Part shown: piece by piece, positions 1-10,455 of the stretch | How the letters are laid out: each line of letters starts with the position of its first letter | Numbering within the stretch: the stretch's first letter is position 1 | Origin: Bacilli bacterium | GTDB lineage: Bacteria > Bacillota_I > Bacilli_A > RFN20 > CAG-826 | DNA: 64,000 bases | Reading direction: 5' to 3' | Assembly: GCA_045628045.1 (NCBI GenBank) | Contig: JAZQOV010000011.1 | Coordinates: forward strand, 4,912-68,911 | Notes under the pieces: model-generated | The model's input: the letters and a program-made list of their open reading frames with translations, nothing else | What the model was told of the DNA's origin: nothing | Databases searched by the model: none | Translations under genes and position numbers: made by a program

Positions 1-1440
1 ATTGTTTTAGGTGAAACAAAGGCATTTAAGATCGCAGTTAAAGTTGCAGCATGCGTGCTTGTCGCGCTTATGTTTGCAAGATCTTATTGTAACGATAGAT
101 TTGTTGTTATTATTAACAAAGGTTATTTTGAAGGACGTTTCTACGATAACGCTACTCCAGAAACTAATTTACTTGCTATCTTAAGATGGATTCAATTTGC
201 GTCCTTATGTATTATTATTCCTGCTGTTTTCTACGATAATCGCATATTTAGAAATATGGCGAAGTATTTCTGCGCTCCTTTTGGCGTAGTTAACTTATTC
301 TTCCTAAGTAAGTATTTAGATGATTTTAATATCCTTGCAGTTAGTGGAGTTGGCAAAAATAAAGGATTCTACGTCCAACCTTCTATAAGAACACCATTTG
401 TTATTATTGAATTTGTCTTATTTATTGTTGTTCCAGCACTTTTATTCTTCATGGAATCTGGAAAGAAATATTACTCAACCAAAAAAGAAATCATTCTTAC
501 TTGTATTTACGTGCCATGCGCTATTGCGTTATGCCCACCTGTATATTTATTTCAATCAGTTTTTGGATTTACAGAGAAATTTATGCTTTTAGGCACTTCT
601 AGTTGGTTCTTGTGGGTGCTTTCAATACTTGTACTTCTAGCAGGAATTTATTTCCTATTTAGATTCAAGGATAAAACAACAAGAGAATCTGTCATTCTAA
701 TGCTTGCGCTATACACGTTCATGCATTACAACACGATTTATATGATGGATTTAGTTGCATCACGCTTGCCACTTCAATTATGTAACCTTGGTTCATATTT
801 GATTTTAATTGCATGCATTTTCCATAATCAAAAATTCTTTAACTTCATCTTTATTGGAAACGTTTTTGGTGCGGTTGTTGCTACAATTATTGGCTACGAT
901 AGTAATGAATTACTATCATTCTGGTCAATGCACTACATCATTGAGCATACTTGGGTTATTAATTTACCACTTTTAATGGTTGCCTTTAGACTTTATGAAA
1001 TGCCTGACTTTAGAAAGAAAGCATTACTTCACTTCTTTATCGGATTCACAATCTTCTTTGTGGTCTGCTGGAGCGGTGGTTTTGTTCTCAACTGTTTCTT
1101 ATTTAAACAAGGCCATAAATTCTTTAATCACGTCAACTACTTCTACATGTATGACAATACGGTTGCGAATGTATTCCCGTTCTTAGGATTTACAAAAGCG
1201 GGTTCTATAACAATAAACAATTACACATTCTATCCGATTTATCAGGCTGGAATTTATATTGGATACATGGCTCTTTGTATCGCGTTTTATTTCTTAATTT
1301 GGTTTAGCCAAAGCGTTGCAGAGAGACATTTCAAACTTAGAAAATTAAGAATTAATTTCTTAAAAGAAAAAGGATTCTACAAGAAATTCCATCTTGAAGA
1401 GCCATTACTTGAATACAAAAAAGAAAGCGAGGAGAAGTAA
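1..1440 (+). CDS. Polytopic integral membrane protein (at least 10 predicted TM helices). The 5' end is probably outside the window. The first in-window start is GTG at 55, but the frame is open back to nt 1 and the upstream residues complete a TM helix.
   Basis: Long ORF 55..1440 in the six-frame track. The same frame has no stop between nt 1 and 55. The product is strongly hydrophobic and repetitive. There is no RBS upstream of 55. Confidence 0.55.
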   Translation: MVLGETKAFKIAVKVAACVLVALMFARSYCNDRFVVIINKGYFEGRFYDNATPETNLLAILRWIQFASLCIIIPAVFYDNRIFRNMAKYFCAPFGVVNLFFLSKYLDDFNILAVSGVGKNKGFYVQPSIRTPFVIIEFVLFIVVPALLFFMESGKKYYSTKKEIILTCIYVPCAIALCPPVYLFQSVFGFTEKFMLLGTSSWFLWVLSILVLLAGIYFLFRFKDKTTRESVILMLALYTFMHYNTIYMMDLVASRLPLQLCNLGSYLILIACIFHNQKFFNFIFIGNVFGAVVATIIGYDSNELLSFWSMHYIIEHTWVINLPLLMVAFRLYEMPDFRKKALLHFFIGFTIFFVVCWSGGFVLNCFLFKQGHKFFNHVNYFYMYDNTVANVFPFLGFTKAGSITINNYTFYPIYQAGIYIGYMALCIAFYFLIWFSQSVAERHFKLRKLRINFLKEKGFYKKFHLEEPLLEYKKESEEK

Positions 1441-1441
1441 A

Positions 1442-2161
1442 ATGATCAGCATTAGAAATTTCTCAAAGCAATACAAGAAGAGTACTTATTACTCTGTAAA
1501 AGATCTCAGTCTTGAAGTAAAAGATGGAGAAGTTTTCGGATTTTTAGGACCTAATGGTGCTGGAAAATCTACCACAATCAAATCCATTATTGGGGTTCTT
1601 CCATTAACTGAAGGACAAATTTTGATTGATGGAATTGATATTTCTAAAGAACCAATGGCCGCAAAAAAGAAAATTGGTTATGTTCCTGATAACCACGCAA
1701 TCTTCGAAGGTTTAACAGGTAGAGAATACATTAATTACCTCGCAAATATATATCAAATTGAATTAAGCCAAGCAGAAGCTGTAGCTGAAAAATATCTTGA
1801 TGTTTTCGGTTTACGCTTTGCGTACGATAATCCAATCAAGTCATACTCACATGGTATGAAACAAAAAATATGCGTTATTGGATCTTTAATTCATAATCCG
1901 AAAGTTTGGATTCTTGATGAACCATTAACTGGTCTTGATCCACAAAGTGCATATCAATTAAAAGCTGCAATGAAAGAACATGCTAAAGCAGGAAATACAG
2001 TTTTCTTCTCAAGCCATATTCTTGATGTTGCTGAAAACCTCTGTGACAGAGTTTGCATTATTAAAAAAGGTCAATTACAAGGCGTTTATAACACAAAAGA
2101 TCTTAAGAAAGGCGACAAATCACTTGAAGATGTCTTCATGGATGTTATTGCAAAGGACTAA
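1442..2161 (+). CDS. ABC transporter ATP-binding protein
   Basis: Walker A GPNGAGKST, signature-like YSHGMKQK, Walker B ILDEPLTGLD, and an H-loop SSH are present. ATG at 1442 is preceded by GAGGAG. This is preferred over the track start at 1394, which overlaps the upstream gene. Confidence 0.85.
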   Translation: MISIRNFSKQYKKSTYYSVKDLSLEVKDGEVFGFLGPNGAGKSTTIKSIIGVLPLTEGQILIDGIDISKEPMAAKKKIGYVPDNHAIFEGLTGREYINYLANIYQIELSQAEAVAEKYLDVFGLRFAYDNPIKSYSHGMKQKICVIGSLIHNPKVWILDEPLTGLDPQSAYQLKAAMKEHAKAGNTVFFSSHILDVAENLCDRVCIIKKGQLQGVYNTKDLKKGDKSLEDVFMDVIAKD

Positions 2162-2167
2162 TTAAGG

Positions 2168-3904
2168 ATGAAAAAGACAGGTTTCTTTAAGAATATAAAA
2201 GATACCCTTATCGCAAAGTTTAAACGTGTTCCTCAACACGCCGAACGCAGTAAGGCTGTTTTAAGCTTACTTTTTGCGAACGCTTATCCTAATATGAGAA
2301 AAGGAAAACGTAAACAAGCCATTCCATCACTTCTTAAGAACATTCTTATTATGGCTGTTGTCTTCTTTGTTTTCTGGTTCTTAGCTGGAAAAATAATGAA
2401 CTTCTTAAGTATTAAGGTTAATGGCGAATTCCTTTCAATTGCTTTACTTTTAACATCTGTTTTAGGATTAGCATTCGCTACAACAAGCATTATTACAAAA
2501 ATGTATTTGAGCAACGATAATAACTTGTTATTATCTTTACCAATATCATTCAACGAATTATTTATTGCAAAGGTTGTAATGGTTTATATTTCGGAATTCA
2601 TGTTCAACCTTATCTATATTCTTCCAATCTTCTGCGCAATCGGAGTTATTGGAGGAGTTGGAGTTTTGTATTACGTTGGAGTTATTGTTTTACTTCCATT
2701 CATTTCAGTTTTACCAATTGCTCTGGGAGCATTAATTTCAATTCCAATTATGTTTATCGTGAAATTCTTTAAATCACGTCCAGTTGTTACAATTGTTGTA
2801 TCAATTATTGCAATTATTGCTGTATTCGTTGGATACATGTTTATTGTTAGATCTGTTTCTGGTGCATTTAACATTGCTGAAGAACAAATTTCTAACTCTC
2901 TCAAAGTGCATTACGCAATCAACGATATTGGCGGAAAACTCTTCTGTTACACATACATCATGCGAGCACTAGAAAGTTTCTTTGTAACGAAAAATATCGT
3001 GGAATTCCTGGTGTTTTTCGGAATTTTACTACTTTATTTAATTGGTTCAGTTATTGTTTTACTTCCATGTTTGTTACTTATCAAACACTTCTTCCAATCA
3101 ATCGAAACAATGAATGAACAAACTCCTGTCATTAAAGTAAAAGGCGATAAGAAATTTAAAAAACGTAGTCAATTTAGACAATTACTTGAAAACGAGTTTA
3201 AGATGATTCTTCGTTCACCAAATCAACTTTTCAAGTACTTCTTAATCACAATTTTAATGCCTCTTATTGTTTTCACTTATGACTTTATTTTAAAAGACAT
3301 TGTCGTTAACGATACAGGCAACATTGTTAAATACGCATCGCATTATTTTGCTTTATTTACAATGGTTTGTTTATCAAGTTTAATTTCTAGCGTCGCTATT
3401 TCAAAACAAGGAAGTTTATTCTACCTAACAAAGACTCTTCCAGTTGATTACAAGAAACAAATTACTGTAAAAGCTGTATTCAACTGTTCTTTAACAATTG
3501 GAATGGTTCTTATCACCATGATTGTAGTTCTCGCTACTGGAGTTATTAATGTCTGGCAGGTAACAGTGTGTTCAGCATTAAGTGCAATCTTTATTTGTAT
3601 TGGGCACGTTTGTCACTCTATTGATTTAGATTTAAGAAAGCCAACTTTATCTTGGTATGATGTCAGTGATATTGATGAACTTAGCAAGAACACTGCAACA
3701 TCAGTTTTGATTGGTTTACTTATTTCAGCAGCCTCATTCCTTATTATGTATTTGACTTACACATTAAGGTTAAAAGAAGTTGTCTCTGTTAGCATTATGG
3801 AACCAGTCATAGTAGTTCTCATTTTAAGCATTTTATACGCGATTTTCCGTGTATATTTCCTATATTTACGCGTTCAAGATGAATTAGAAAGGATGGAATT
3901 ATAA
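2168..3904 (+). CDS. Multi-pass membrane protein, probably the permease partner of the preceding ABC ATPase
   Basis: 578-aa ORF with a long run of hydrophobic segments. It is tightly coupled to the ATPase gene by a 6-nt gap. Confidence 0.6.
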   Translation: MKKTGFFKNIKDTLIAKFKRVPQHAERSKAVLSLLFANAYPNMRKGKRKQAIPSLLKNILIMAVVFFVFWFLAGKIMNFLSIKVNGEFLSIALLLTSVLGLAFATTSIITKMYLSNDNNLLLSLPISFNELFIAKVVMVYISEFMFNLIYILPIFCAIGVIGGVGVLYYVGVIVLLPFISVLPIALGALISIPIMFIVKFFKSRPVVTIVVSIIAIIAVFVGYMFIVRSVSGAFNIAEEQISNSLKVHYAINDIGGKLFCYTYIMRALESFFVTKNIVEFLVFFGILLLYLIGSVIVLLPCLLLIKHFFQSIETMNEQTPVIKVKGDKKFKKRSQFRQLLENEFKMILRSPNQLFKYFLITILMPLIVFTYDFILKDIVVNDTGNIVKYASHYFALFTMVCLSSLISSVAISKQGSLFYLTKTLPVDYKKQITVKAVFNCSLTIGMVLITMIVVLATGVINVWQVTVCSALSAIFICIGHVCHSIDLDLRKPTLSWYDVSDIDELSKNTATSVLIGLLISAASFLIMYLTYTLRLKEVVSVSIMEPVIVVLILSILYAIFRVYFLYLRVQDELERMEL

Positions 3905-3905
3905 T

Positions 3906-4832
3906 ATGAAAAAGTTCTCTATTATCATTCTTATTTTACTTCCGTTTTTCCTAATTTATTTCGTCTCATTAGCAGGAAAAATTTATTCTGCATATTCTTC
4001 AATTGAACTCATTAGTATGTCGATTAGAGACTCAGATCACACCTTTGAAGAAGGCGAGATTTTAGAGATGAGAGTTGAAGAATCTCATTACATTGAAATT
4101 GAGTTTAATCCAGATAACGCTTCAAACAAATCTTATACAGTTGCTAAGTATGATGAATCAGTCATTTCATATAACAACCACGGTTTAATTGAAGCTGTTG
4201 GCGAAGGTGTTACAACTTTAATTTTCACATCACTCAGTAATTCATCTATTTTCACCGAACTCACTGTCCATGTACGTGATGATCAATTAAGAGATTTCAC
4301 ATTACCTACAAGCGAAATTAATATAAAAATCGGCGGAAAAGAGCAAATAAATCCAGTTTATGAACCAAAAAATCCAGTTGAAGAACAAAAAGGATTTACA
4401 TATACATCCCTTGATCCATCAATCGCAACCGTTGACTCGAACGGTTACGTTACTGGTGTTTCTGAGGGTGAAACATACATTGTCGTTAAATCTACTTATT
4501 TAGGAAAGGAGAAACAAGTCAAGGTAAAAGTATCAGAACACGGAGCAGGATCTGCCTACTTTAATCTCGAAAAGGAAGAAGGTTATTCTTACGCTATTTG
4601 GCACGAAGATACAATCGAACTTTATGACCATATTACTATTGTTAATGGATCACGAAAAGATTATGTATTTGATGTAACTTCAGCAAATGGTGTTGATACA
4701 ACTTACTTAGAGAGCGATGGCATCCTCAGATTTACACAAAAAGGCGTACTGGTCACAGTTAATTTATATAGAAAGACCAGTGATTCAAAAGTAAAAATTG
4801 ATGATATTTCAATTAAATATATTGCTAATTAG
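3906..4832 (+). CDS. Membrane-anchored protein with bacterial Ig-like (Big_2) domains
   Basis: N-terminal TM helix (IIILILLPFFLIYFVSLAG). Big_2-type motifs ...GLIEAVGEGVTTLIFTS... and ...SIATVDSNGYVTGVSEGETYIVVKS... Confidence 0.6.
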   Translation: MKKFSIIILILLPFFLIYFVSLAGKIYSAYSSIELISMSIRDSDHTFEEGEILEMRVEESHYIEIEFNPDNASNKSYTVAKYDESVISYNNHGLIEAVGEGVTTLIFTSLSNSSIFTELTVHVRDDQLRDFTLPTSEINIKIGGKEQINPVYEPKNPVEEQKGFTYTSLDPSIATVDSNGYVTGVSEGETYIVVKSTYLGKEKQVKVKVSEHGAGSAYFNLEKEEGYSYAIWHEDTIELYDHITIVNGSRKDYVFDVTSANGVDTTYLESDGILRFTQKGVLVTVNLYRKTSDSKVKIDDISIKYIAN

Positions 4833-4841
4833 GAGGAAAAT

Positions 4842-7800
4842 ATGAAAACTAAATTTTCGAAAATCATTCTAGCAAGCGCATGCGCATTTTCAGTAAGTGC
4901 ATGTAATCAACAAACTCCAAAACTAACTATTAGTGTGGAGAACAACATTTCAAGTATCCAAAGAGCTCAAGAAATTCAAATTTCTGCAGCTATGGAACAT
5001 CTTAGCGGCGATGTAGTTTATACCGTTGCTACAGATAAGGATACAGAAGAAGTAAAATACGCAACAGTTAGCGCAACTGGACTCTTAAAATGTTCAGAAG
5101 AGGCACCTGTTGGCGCAATTATCACAGTTGAAGGAAGCGTAAATGGAACAATCTCTAACCCACTTACCTTTACCGTTCAACATACTTATGCTGAATCAAT
5201 TGAAATTGTTGCAACAGGCAGTGATGGAAAAGCTAAAGAAAACTTTGCTACATCTTTAGATGAAATTACTTTAACAACTTTATTTACACCTGCATACGCA
5301 ACAGTTAAATCAGTTAGATATTCAATTGTTGATGGTGATGAATTTGCTGTTGTCAGTGAACAAGGAGTTGTAAGCCTTAAACCAGGCATCGACTTTGAAG
5401 ACACTGCTAAAAACAAAATTGTTGAAGTTAAATCAACAGTTGTCAATCCAGATTCAACCGCTAAAGAAGTAAGTGCCACAAAGTCACTTATTATTAACGG
5501 TATTCTTCCAGATAGAATTGAATTATCTGCAAAAATTGGTGAAGAACCAGCAGTCTCAATTAAGAGAAAAGATGAAGTTGTTTTAACACGTGCTTTCTCA
5601 TGCGAAAGTGGTGAAGAACCAACAATCAAAACAACATCATATGAATTTGAATCAGGTAGAGATATCTGCACAATTTCAAAAGATGTTCTTAAGTTAAAAT
5701 CCATGGATTTATCCGCATATTATGGCTCAAAAATTAAATTTAGAGCAGTTTTAAATGCTGATGAATCAATTGCTTCAAACTGGGTAGAATTAACAGTTGA
5801 AGAACTTACCGCATATCTTGATATTAAATGTGCAAAAGCAATGGAAGTTACCGAAACAGTTGCTATTCAAGTTGATTGCCAAGATGGTGCATCAAATGAA
5901 TTCACAATTGGAATTGTCTCAGGTAAAGGCGATGACATTGCTGAAATTATTACAAACGAAACAAGCTCAGGAAAAACATACACTCTTGCTATTAAACATG
6001 GTCAAGAAGAGAACGCTGTTAATAGAGCTATCACAATTACAGCTACATCAGTTAACGATCCAGAAATTAATGACACTGTAGTTATCAACGTTATTCCAGC
6101 AGTTGAACTTCAAGTTAACACAATGAACTTCATTGATGAATATTCATCAAATAACCATATTTCATTCTCAGTTCTTGAACATGGTGCTGAAATTCCAAGT
6201 GAACGAATTGATACCTCAAAAGTTAAATATGAATCATTAAATGCTGAAATTTTCACAGTTGATGCAACCGGTAAAGTTACAGCAGTTAATCATGGTAAAG
6301 GTTCAGTAAAAGTTACCTATGGTGAAGTTGTTGGCTATGGCGATGTTAACATTATGGTCGCACCAACATCAGTCAATATTAACCTTGGTTTAACAAAAAC
6401 ATTCCAAGCAAACCACAGATATTCTTACTCTAAGAATGAAACATTAAAAATTGGTGTTTCTGCAACAAACATCTCTGGTAAGAAAACAACCGAATCATTC
6501 AAATACAGATTTGATAGATTAGTTGATGGTGCAATCGTTGAAACTGGTAACTCAGTTGCAGAAATTGATGCATCACAAAACATTACATTCAAACAAACAG
6601 GCGAAATTAAGCTAACCGTTACATCAATCTCATCACTCAATGGTGAAAATACAACCGCTGTTGAAAAGTCAGATTACATGATCTTTGAAATTAATGAAGG
6701 TGTTAACGTTAGAACTCAAGAAGACCTCGCAAAACTAAATAAGGGTAAAAATCTCACAATTAACTTTGTTAACGATATTTACATGACTGGCGATGGCTTC
6801 GGCTTAACAACTAACGCCGTCTATAGAGGCCTTATCTTCTATGGCTCAACAAAGATGAACGGAAATGGCTTCAAAATCTCTTCTGAAAAACTTAAATTCC
6901 ATACAGAAGCAGAAGATGGACAAAATAGTAATATGTTTACATTCCAACCAGAAGGATACGTTGATAATGGTGAAAACTCTAGAATTGAAGAAAATAGAGC
7001 TTGGGAAGTTATCGTTAAAGACCTTGAAGTCGTTGGTATGATGGGCGTTAATGGCGATTACACCGGTACAGAAGCATCTTCTAAAGGACTTAGCGTTGTC
7101 AATAAAGACGGAACTCCAAAATGTGTATTCGAAAAAGGTTTCCATGTCGGTTATGGTGGATATCAAAACTACGCAGGATTAAGAGTCGCATCTTCATGTC
7201 TTGAAAGATTAGTCCTTGAAAATTGTAATATTCACAACTTCCGTTTCGGCGTTAGAGTTGAACACGCAATTTATGCATTAGTTAAGGACACATACGTTGG
7301 AGCATGTTACGAATCCGGTATTATTTTCTCACAATGCTTTGCAACTCTTGAAAACCCATGGTTTGGTCAAGTCGGTACATTCGCTATTGAAATGGCACCA
7401 GACTGCATGAGAGATAAAGCATCTCAAAATCCAACTGGCTGTGCTGGTAAGGATTACAATCAAACTGCAACCCTTTACCTCAATGGTGATATTGTTCGTG
7501 ATGGTGTTTCAAGCATTCAAAACTTCAACAATGGTGCTTCTACTCCAGGCATGAAGGGATTCACCTTAGGTGAATATACAATGCCAATGGTTATCGCAAT
7601 GTTAACTCAAGGCATCATTCAAGCTATTGTTGGACAAACTGGTGGTGGACAAGCTCTTGCGGATCAATTATTCGGAGCTGTTTCAAGATGCTTATATAAG
7701 AATGGTGATGCTTCAGCATCAGAAATTAACTTATTCTTATTAATCTTCGTTAATCCAACACAATTTAACAGCTACTACAAAGGCAACCAAGAAGGTAAGT

Positions 7801-7997
7801 TTGGTCAATTTAAAACAAATAACACCGAACAAAACATGATTACCTTAATGGATTTGTTAGCTGGTATTGCAGCACAAAGTATTAATCCAGCAGATTATCA
7901 ATACATTAGAGTTGACCTTGATGTTTCAAGTGTTGTCGGCACTGATATTGGTGACGCAATTGTCATTAACCAAGCTTATAAAGGCTTAGCAAAATAA
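4842..7997 (+). CDS. Large surface lipoprotein with Big_2 domains and a C-terminal beta-rich domain
   Basis: Lipoprotein signal MKTKFSKIILASACAFSVSAC (lipobox VSAC). RBS AGGAGGAAAA upstream. Big_2 motifs such as EIFTVDATGKVTAVNHGKGSVKVTYG. 1051 aa. Confidence 0.65.
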   Translation: MKTKFSKIILASACAFSVSACNQQTPKLTISVENNISSIQRAQEIQISAAMEHLSGDVVYTVATDKDTEEVKYATVSATGLLKCSEEAPVGAIITVEGSVNGTISNPLTFTVQHTYAESIEIVATGSDGKAKENFATSLDEITLTTLFTPAYATVKSVRYSIVDGDEFAVVSEQGVVSLKPGIDFEDTAKNKIVEVKSTVVNPDSTAKEVSATKSLIINGILPDRIELSAKIGEEPAVSIKRKDEVVLTRAFSCESGEEPTIKTTSYEFESGRDICTISKDVLKLKSMDLSAYYGSKIKFRAVLNADESIASNWVELTVEELTAYLDIKCAKAMEVTETVAIQVDCQDGASNEFTIGIVSGKGDDIAEIITNETSSGKTYTLAIKHGQEENAVNRAITITATSVNDPEINDTVVINVIPAVELQVNTMNFIDEYSSNNHISFSVLEHGAEIPSERIDTSKVKYESLNAEIFTVDATGKVTAVNHGKGSVKVTYGEVVGYGDVNIMVAPTSVNINLGLTKTFQANHRYSYSKNETLKIGVSATNISGKKTTESFKYRFDRLVDGAIVETGNSVAEIDASQNITFKQTGEIKLTVTSISSLNGENTTAVEKSDYMIFEINEGVNVRTQEDLAKLNKGKNLTINFVNDIYMTGDGFGLTTNAVYRGLIFYGSTKMNGNGFKISSEKLKFHTEAEDGQNSNMFTFQPEGYVDNGENSRIEENRAWEVIVKDLEVVGMMGVNGDYTGTEASSKGLSVVNKDGTPKCVFEKGFHVGYGGYQNYAGLRVASSCLERLVLENCNIHNFRFGVRVEHAIYALVKDTYVGACYESGIIFSQCFATLENPWFGQVGTFAIEMAPDCMRDKASQNPTGCAGKDYNQTATLYLNGDIVRDGVSSIQNFNNGASTPGMKGFTLGEYTMPMVIAMLTQGIIQAIVGQTGGGQALADQLFGAVSRCLYKNGDASASEINLFLLIFVNPTQFNSYYKGNQEGKFGQFKTNNTEQNMITLMDLLAGIAAQSINPADYQYIRVDLDVSSVVGTDIGDAIVINQAYKGLAK

Positions 7998-8018
7998 ACT
8001 TTGTTTATTAAGATTAAA

Positions 8019-8046
8019 GGTTCGGAGCAAAATCTGAACCTTTTTT
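8019..8046 (+). terminator. Rho-independent terminator after the lipoprotein gene
   Basis: GGTTCGGA-gcaaaa-TCTGAACC stem (8 bp, one G·U) followed by TTTTTT. Confidence 0.7.
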
Positions 8047-8105
8047 CGTAAAATTTTACGAAAAAAATTGATTAAATTTAGAATATTATATATATTTATA
8101 TACGT

Positions 8106-10454
8106 ATGATTATCGCGAGAAATTTAGTAAAGAAATTTAAATCTCCAGATAAGAACGAGGAAATCGTTGCTTTAGACCACCTTAGTCTTACACTTCCAGA
8201 CAAAGGTTTAATCGCTATTGTTGGCGCATCAGGATGTGGTAAATCCACTCTTTTACACGTACTTGGTGGCCTTGAAAAAGCGGATTCAGGATCTTTTGTT
8301 GTAGATGGAAGAGACTCTAAATCATTCTCTGGCACAGAATGGGATTCATACAGAAACCAAATGGTTGGGTTTATTTTCCAAAATTACTATCTTCTTCCAC
8401 ATCTTACTGTTTTTGAAAACGTTGCAATAACACTTGAATTGTCCAGAAACACGAAAGACATGAAGGAAAAAGTTATGGCTGCATTAGAAAGAGTTGGCCT
8501 TACTAAGTACGCAAAACGCTTACCAAGACAGCTTTCGGGCGGTCAACAACAACGCGTTGCCGTTGCTAGGGCACTTGTTTCAAACCCATCTATTATTCTT
8601 GCAGATGAACCTACTGGCGCTTTGGATGCTAAATCATCTATTGCGGTTATGGATAACTTAAAAGATATTTCCACAGATCATCTTGTTGTTATGGTTACTC
8701 ATAACGAACGTCTCGCTAATGAATATGCAGATAGAATTATTGAGATTTCCTATGGAAAAATTTTTAAAGACCTTACTTTAAAGACAAAAGATCAGAAAAA
8801 AGAGAATATAGAACCTCTTCGTAGAATTCACACTCCGTTCCTTACCTCAATTAAGTGGGGAACAAGAAATGTTATTAAGAAAAAAGGACGTTCAATTCCT
8901 ATTGCTGTTGCAACCGGTATTGGTTTAGCAGCTTGTGGTGTTGTCATTTCGATGACCCAAAGCGTTAATAAATATGTTCAAGAATCTCAGGATGCTGCTT
9001 TAAGCTCTTCTCCAATTTATATTCATTGTGTTGCGAATAACACAGTTGATTATTATCAGAAATCATTAACTATTTACCCAGATTCAACAGATGTCATAAT
9101 CGAAAGATCTGGTGTTCAAAATCAATTCTTCCCAATCTTTGATAGCGAATTTAATGACTATGTTGATAAGCTTGTTCCTGGTGTTGATTATGGTTATCTA
9201 AGAAAGTATGGTGCATACAAATTTAACCTCTATACTGAGAAAAATCCTGGGGAAATCATGAGGATTTCAGACTCAAATGCTTATACTGCTCCACTTTCTT
9301 TGGATCACGATACACTAGACTTTGTAGCAAATGATTACACAGTTTTAGCAGGTCACATGCCAGAAAACGAAAATGAAGTTGCATTGCTTGTAGATGAATA
9401 TAACTGTATTTCCGAAAAGAAATTAAAAAATCTTGGATTCTCATTTACATCAGAAACCGATGTTATTAAATGGGATGATATTGTTAACAAAGAATATCGA
9501 TGTGTTGATAACGATGATGTCTATTATGAAGCTACAAGAACTGTCGCTGATGATCCTGAACCACGAACAGTTTTCTATAGAAAATCAAATGTAGATGCAT
9601 ATAATTCATCATCTATTAATTTAAAAATCACCGCAATTCTAAGAGCAAATAAAGAACTCGATGATACTCTTTTTGATGGAACATTACTTTTCCATCCAGA
9701 TTTTTATAATAATCACGTAAGATTAAACGAAGAATCCGCTATAGTTAAAGCTCAAAAAGAGCATCCAAATTACAGCATTTTAGACGGGCACACATTTGTT
9801 GATGATGTCTCTGGCACAAAGAGATACTATTATGAAGCAACCTTAGTTGAAATTGGTGGACTTAATGTTGCTTATTCGTATTTAATCTATACAGATTATT
9901 ATGAGCAAAGAGCTCAAATTATGAATTATTTTAATGCATACAACAACACCAATCCTGATTACATAATCAAGGTTAAGGATTCACTTGGGAATCTTAGTAA
10001 CTCTTTCGCTAGTATCACAAAAACTTACTCAACTGTTGTTTTAGTGTTTGCAATCATTGCAATAATTATTGCAGGATTCTTAACTGCAATCTTGACCTAT
10101 ATATCTGTTGTTGAAAGAACAAGAGAAATAGGCCTACTTAGATCACTCGGAAGTAGGTGCATAGATATATTTAACCTATTCTTGGTGGAAGCGTGTATTG
10201 TTGGCGTAATTGGAGGCGTTTTAAGCGTAGCTTTGTCTTATGCTTTATCGCCAGTAGCTTCGGGCGCTGTTATTAACCTTATTGAAGTTGCTGAAACTAA
10301 CTTCCCACTTCCAACTCTTAAAGAATTCGCGTATGTTCCTGGTTGGATTGCTCCATTCTTAATAGGTCTTTCATTAATTGTTGCTATTATTTCATCTCTT
10401 GCACCTGCAATCATTGCAAGCCGCAAGAGACCTGCACAAGCATTAAAAGAATAA
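8106..10454 (+). CDS. Fused ABC transporter ATP-binding / FtsX-family permease protein (MacB-like)
   Basis: N-terminal Walker A GASGCGKST, signature LSGGQQQRVAVARAL, Walker B ILADEPTGALD. The C-terminal 400 aa carry an FtsX-like 4-TM permease domain (VVLVFAIIAIIIAGFLTAIL ... LIGLSLIVAIISSLAPAII). Confidence 0.85.
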   Translation: MIIARNLVKKFKSPDKNEEIVALDHLSLTLPDKGLIAIVGASGCGKSTLLHVLGGLEKADSGSFVVDGRDSKSFSGTEWDSYRNQMVGFIFQNYYLLPHLTVFENVAITLELSRNTKDMKEKVMAALERVGLTKYAKRLPRQLSGGQQQRVAVARALVSNPSIILADEPTGALDAKSSIAVMDNLKDISTDHLVVMVTHNERLANEYADRIIEISYGKIFKDLTLKTKDQKKENIEPLRRIHTPFLTSIKWGTRNVIKKKGRSIPIAVATGIGLAACGVVISMTQSVNKYVQESQDAALSSSPIYIHCVANNTVDYYQKSLTIYPDSTDVIIERSGVQNQFFPIFDSEFNDYVDKLVPGVDYGYLRKYGAYKFNLYTEKNPGEIMRISDSNAYTAPLSLDHDTLDFVANDYTVLAGHMPENENEVALLVDEYNCISEKKLKNLGFSFTSETDVIKWDDIVNKEYRCVDNDDVYYEATRTVADDPEPRTVFYRKSNVDAYNSSSINLKITAILRANKELDDTLFDGTLLFHPDFYNNHVRLNEESAIVKAQKEHPNYSILDGHTFVDDVSGTKRYYYEATLVEIGGLNVAYSYLIYTDYYEQRAQIMNYFNAYNNTNPDYIIKVKDSLGNLSNSFASITKTYSTVVLVFAIIAIIIAGFLTAILTYISVVERTREIGLLRSLGSRCIDIFNLFLVEACIVGVIGGVLSVALSYALSPVASGAVINLIEVAETNFPLPTLKEFAYVPGWIAPFLIGLSLIVAIISSLAPAIIASRKRPAQALKE

Positions 10455-10455
10455 A

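Noticed and set aside
1394-1441. Upstream start of the ABC ATPase ORF
   Set aside because: It overlaps the upstream membrane-protein gene. A GGAG RBS precedes ATG 1442.
5186-5704. Antisense ORFs inside large genes (also 34036..34551, 29539..29910, 37858..38247, 40965..41216, 41373..41735, 45829..46077, 61782..62090, 62676..63032, 12554..12784, 48276..48716)
   Set aside because: They are embedded antisense to strongly supported long CDSs. Their Ser/Thr/Ala-rich composition is typical of reverse-complement artefacts. They have no RBS.
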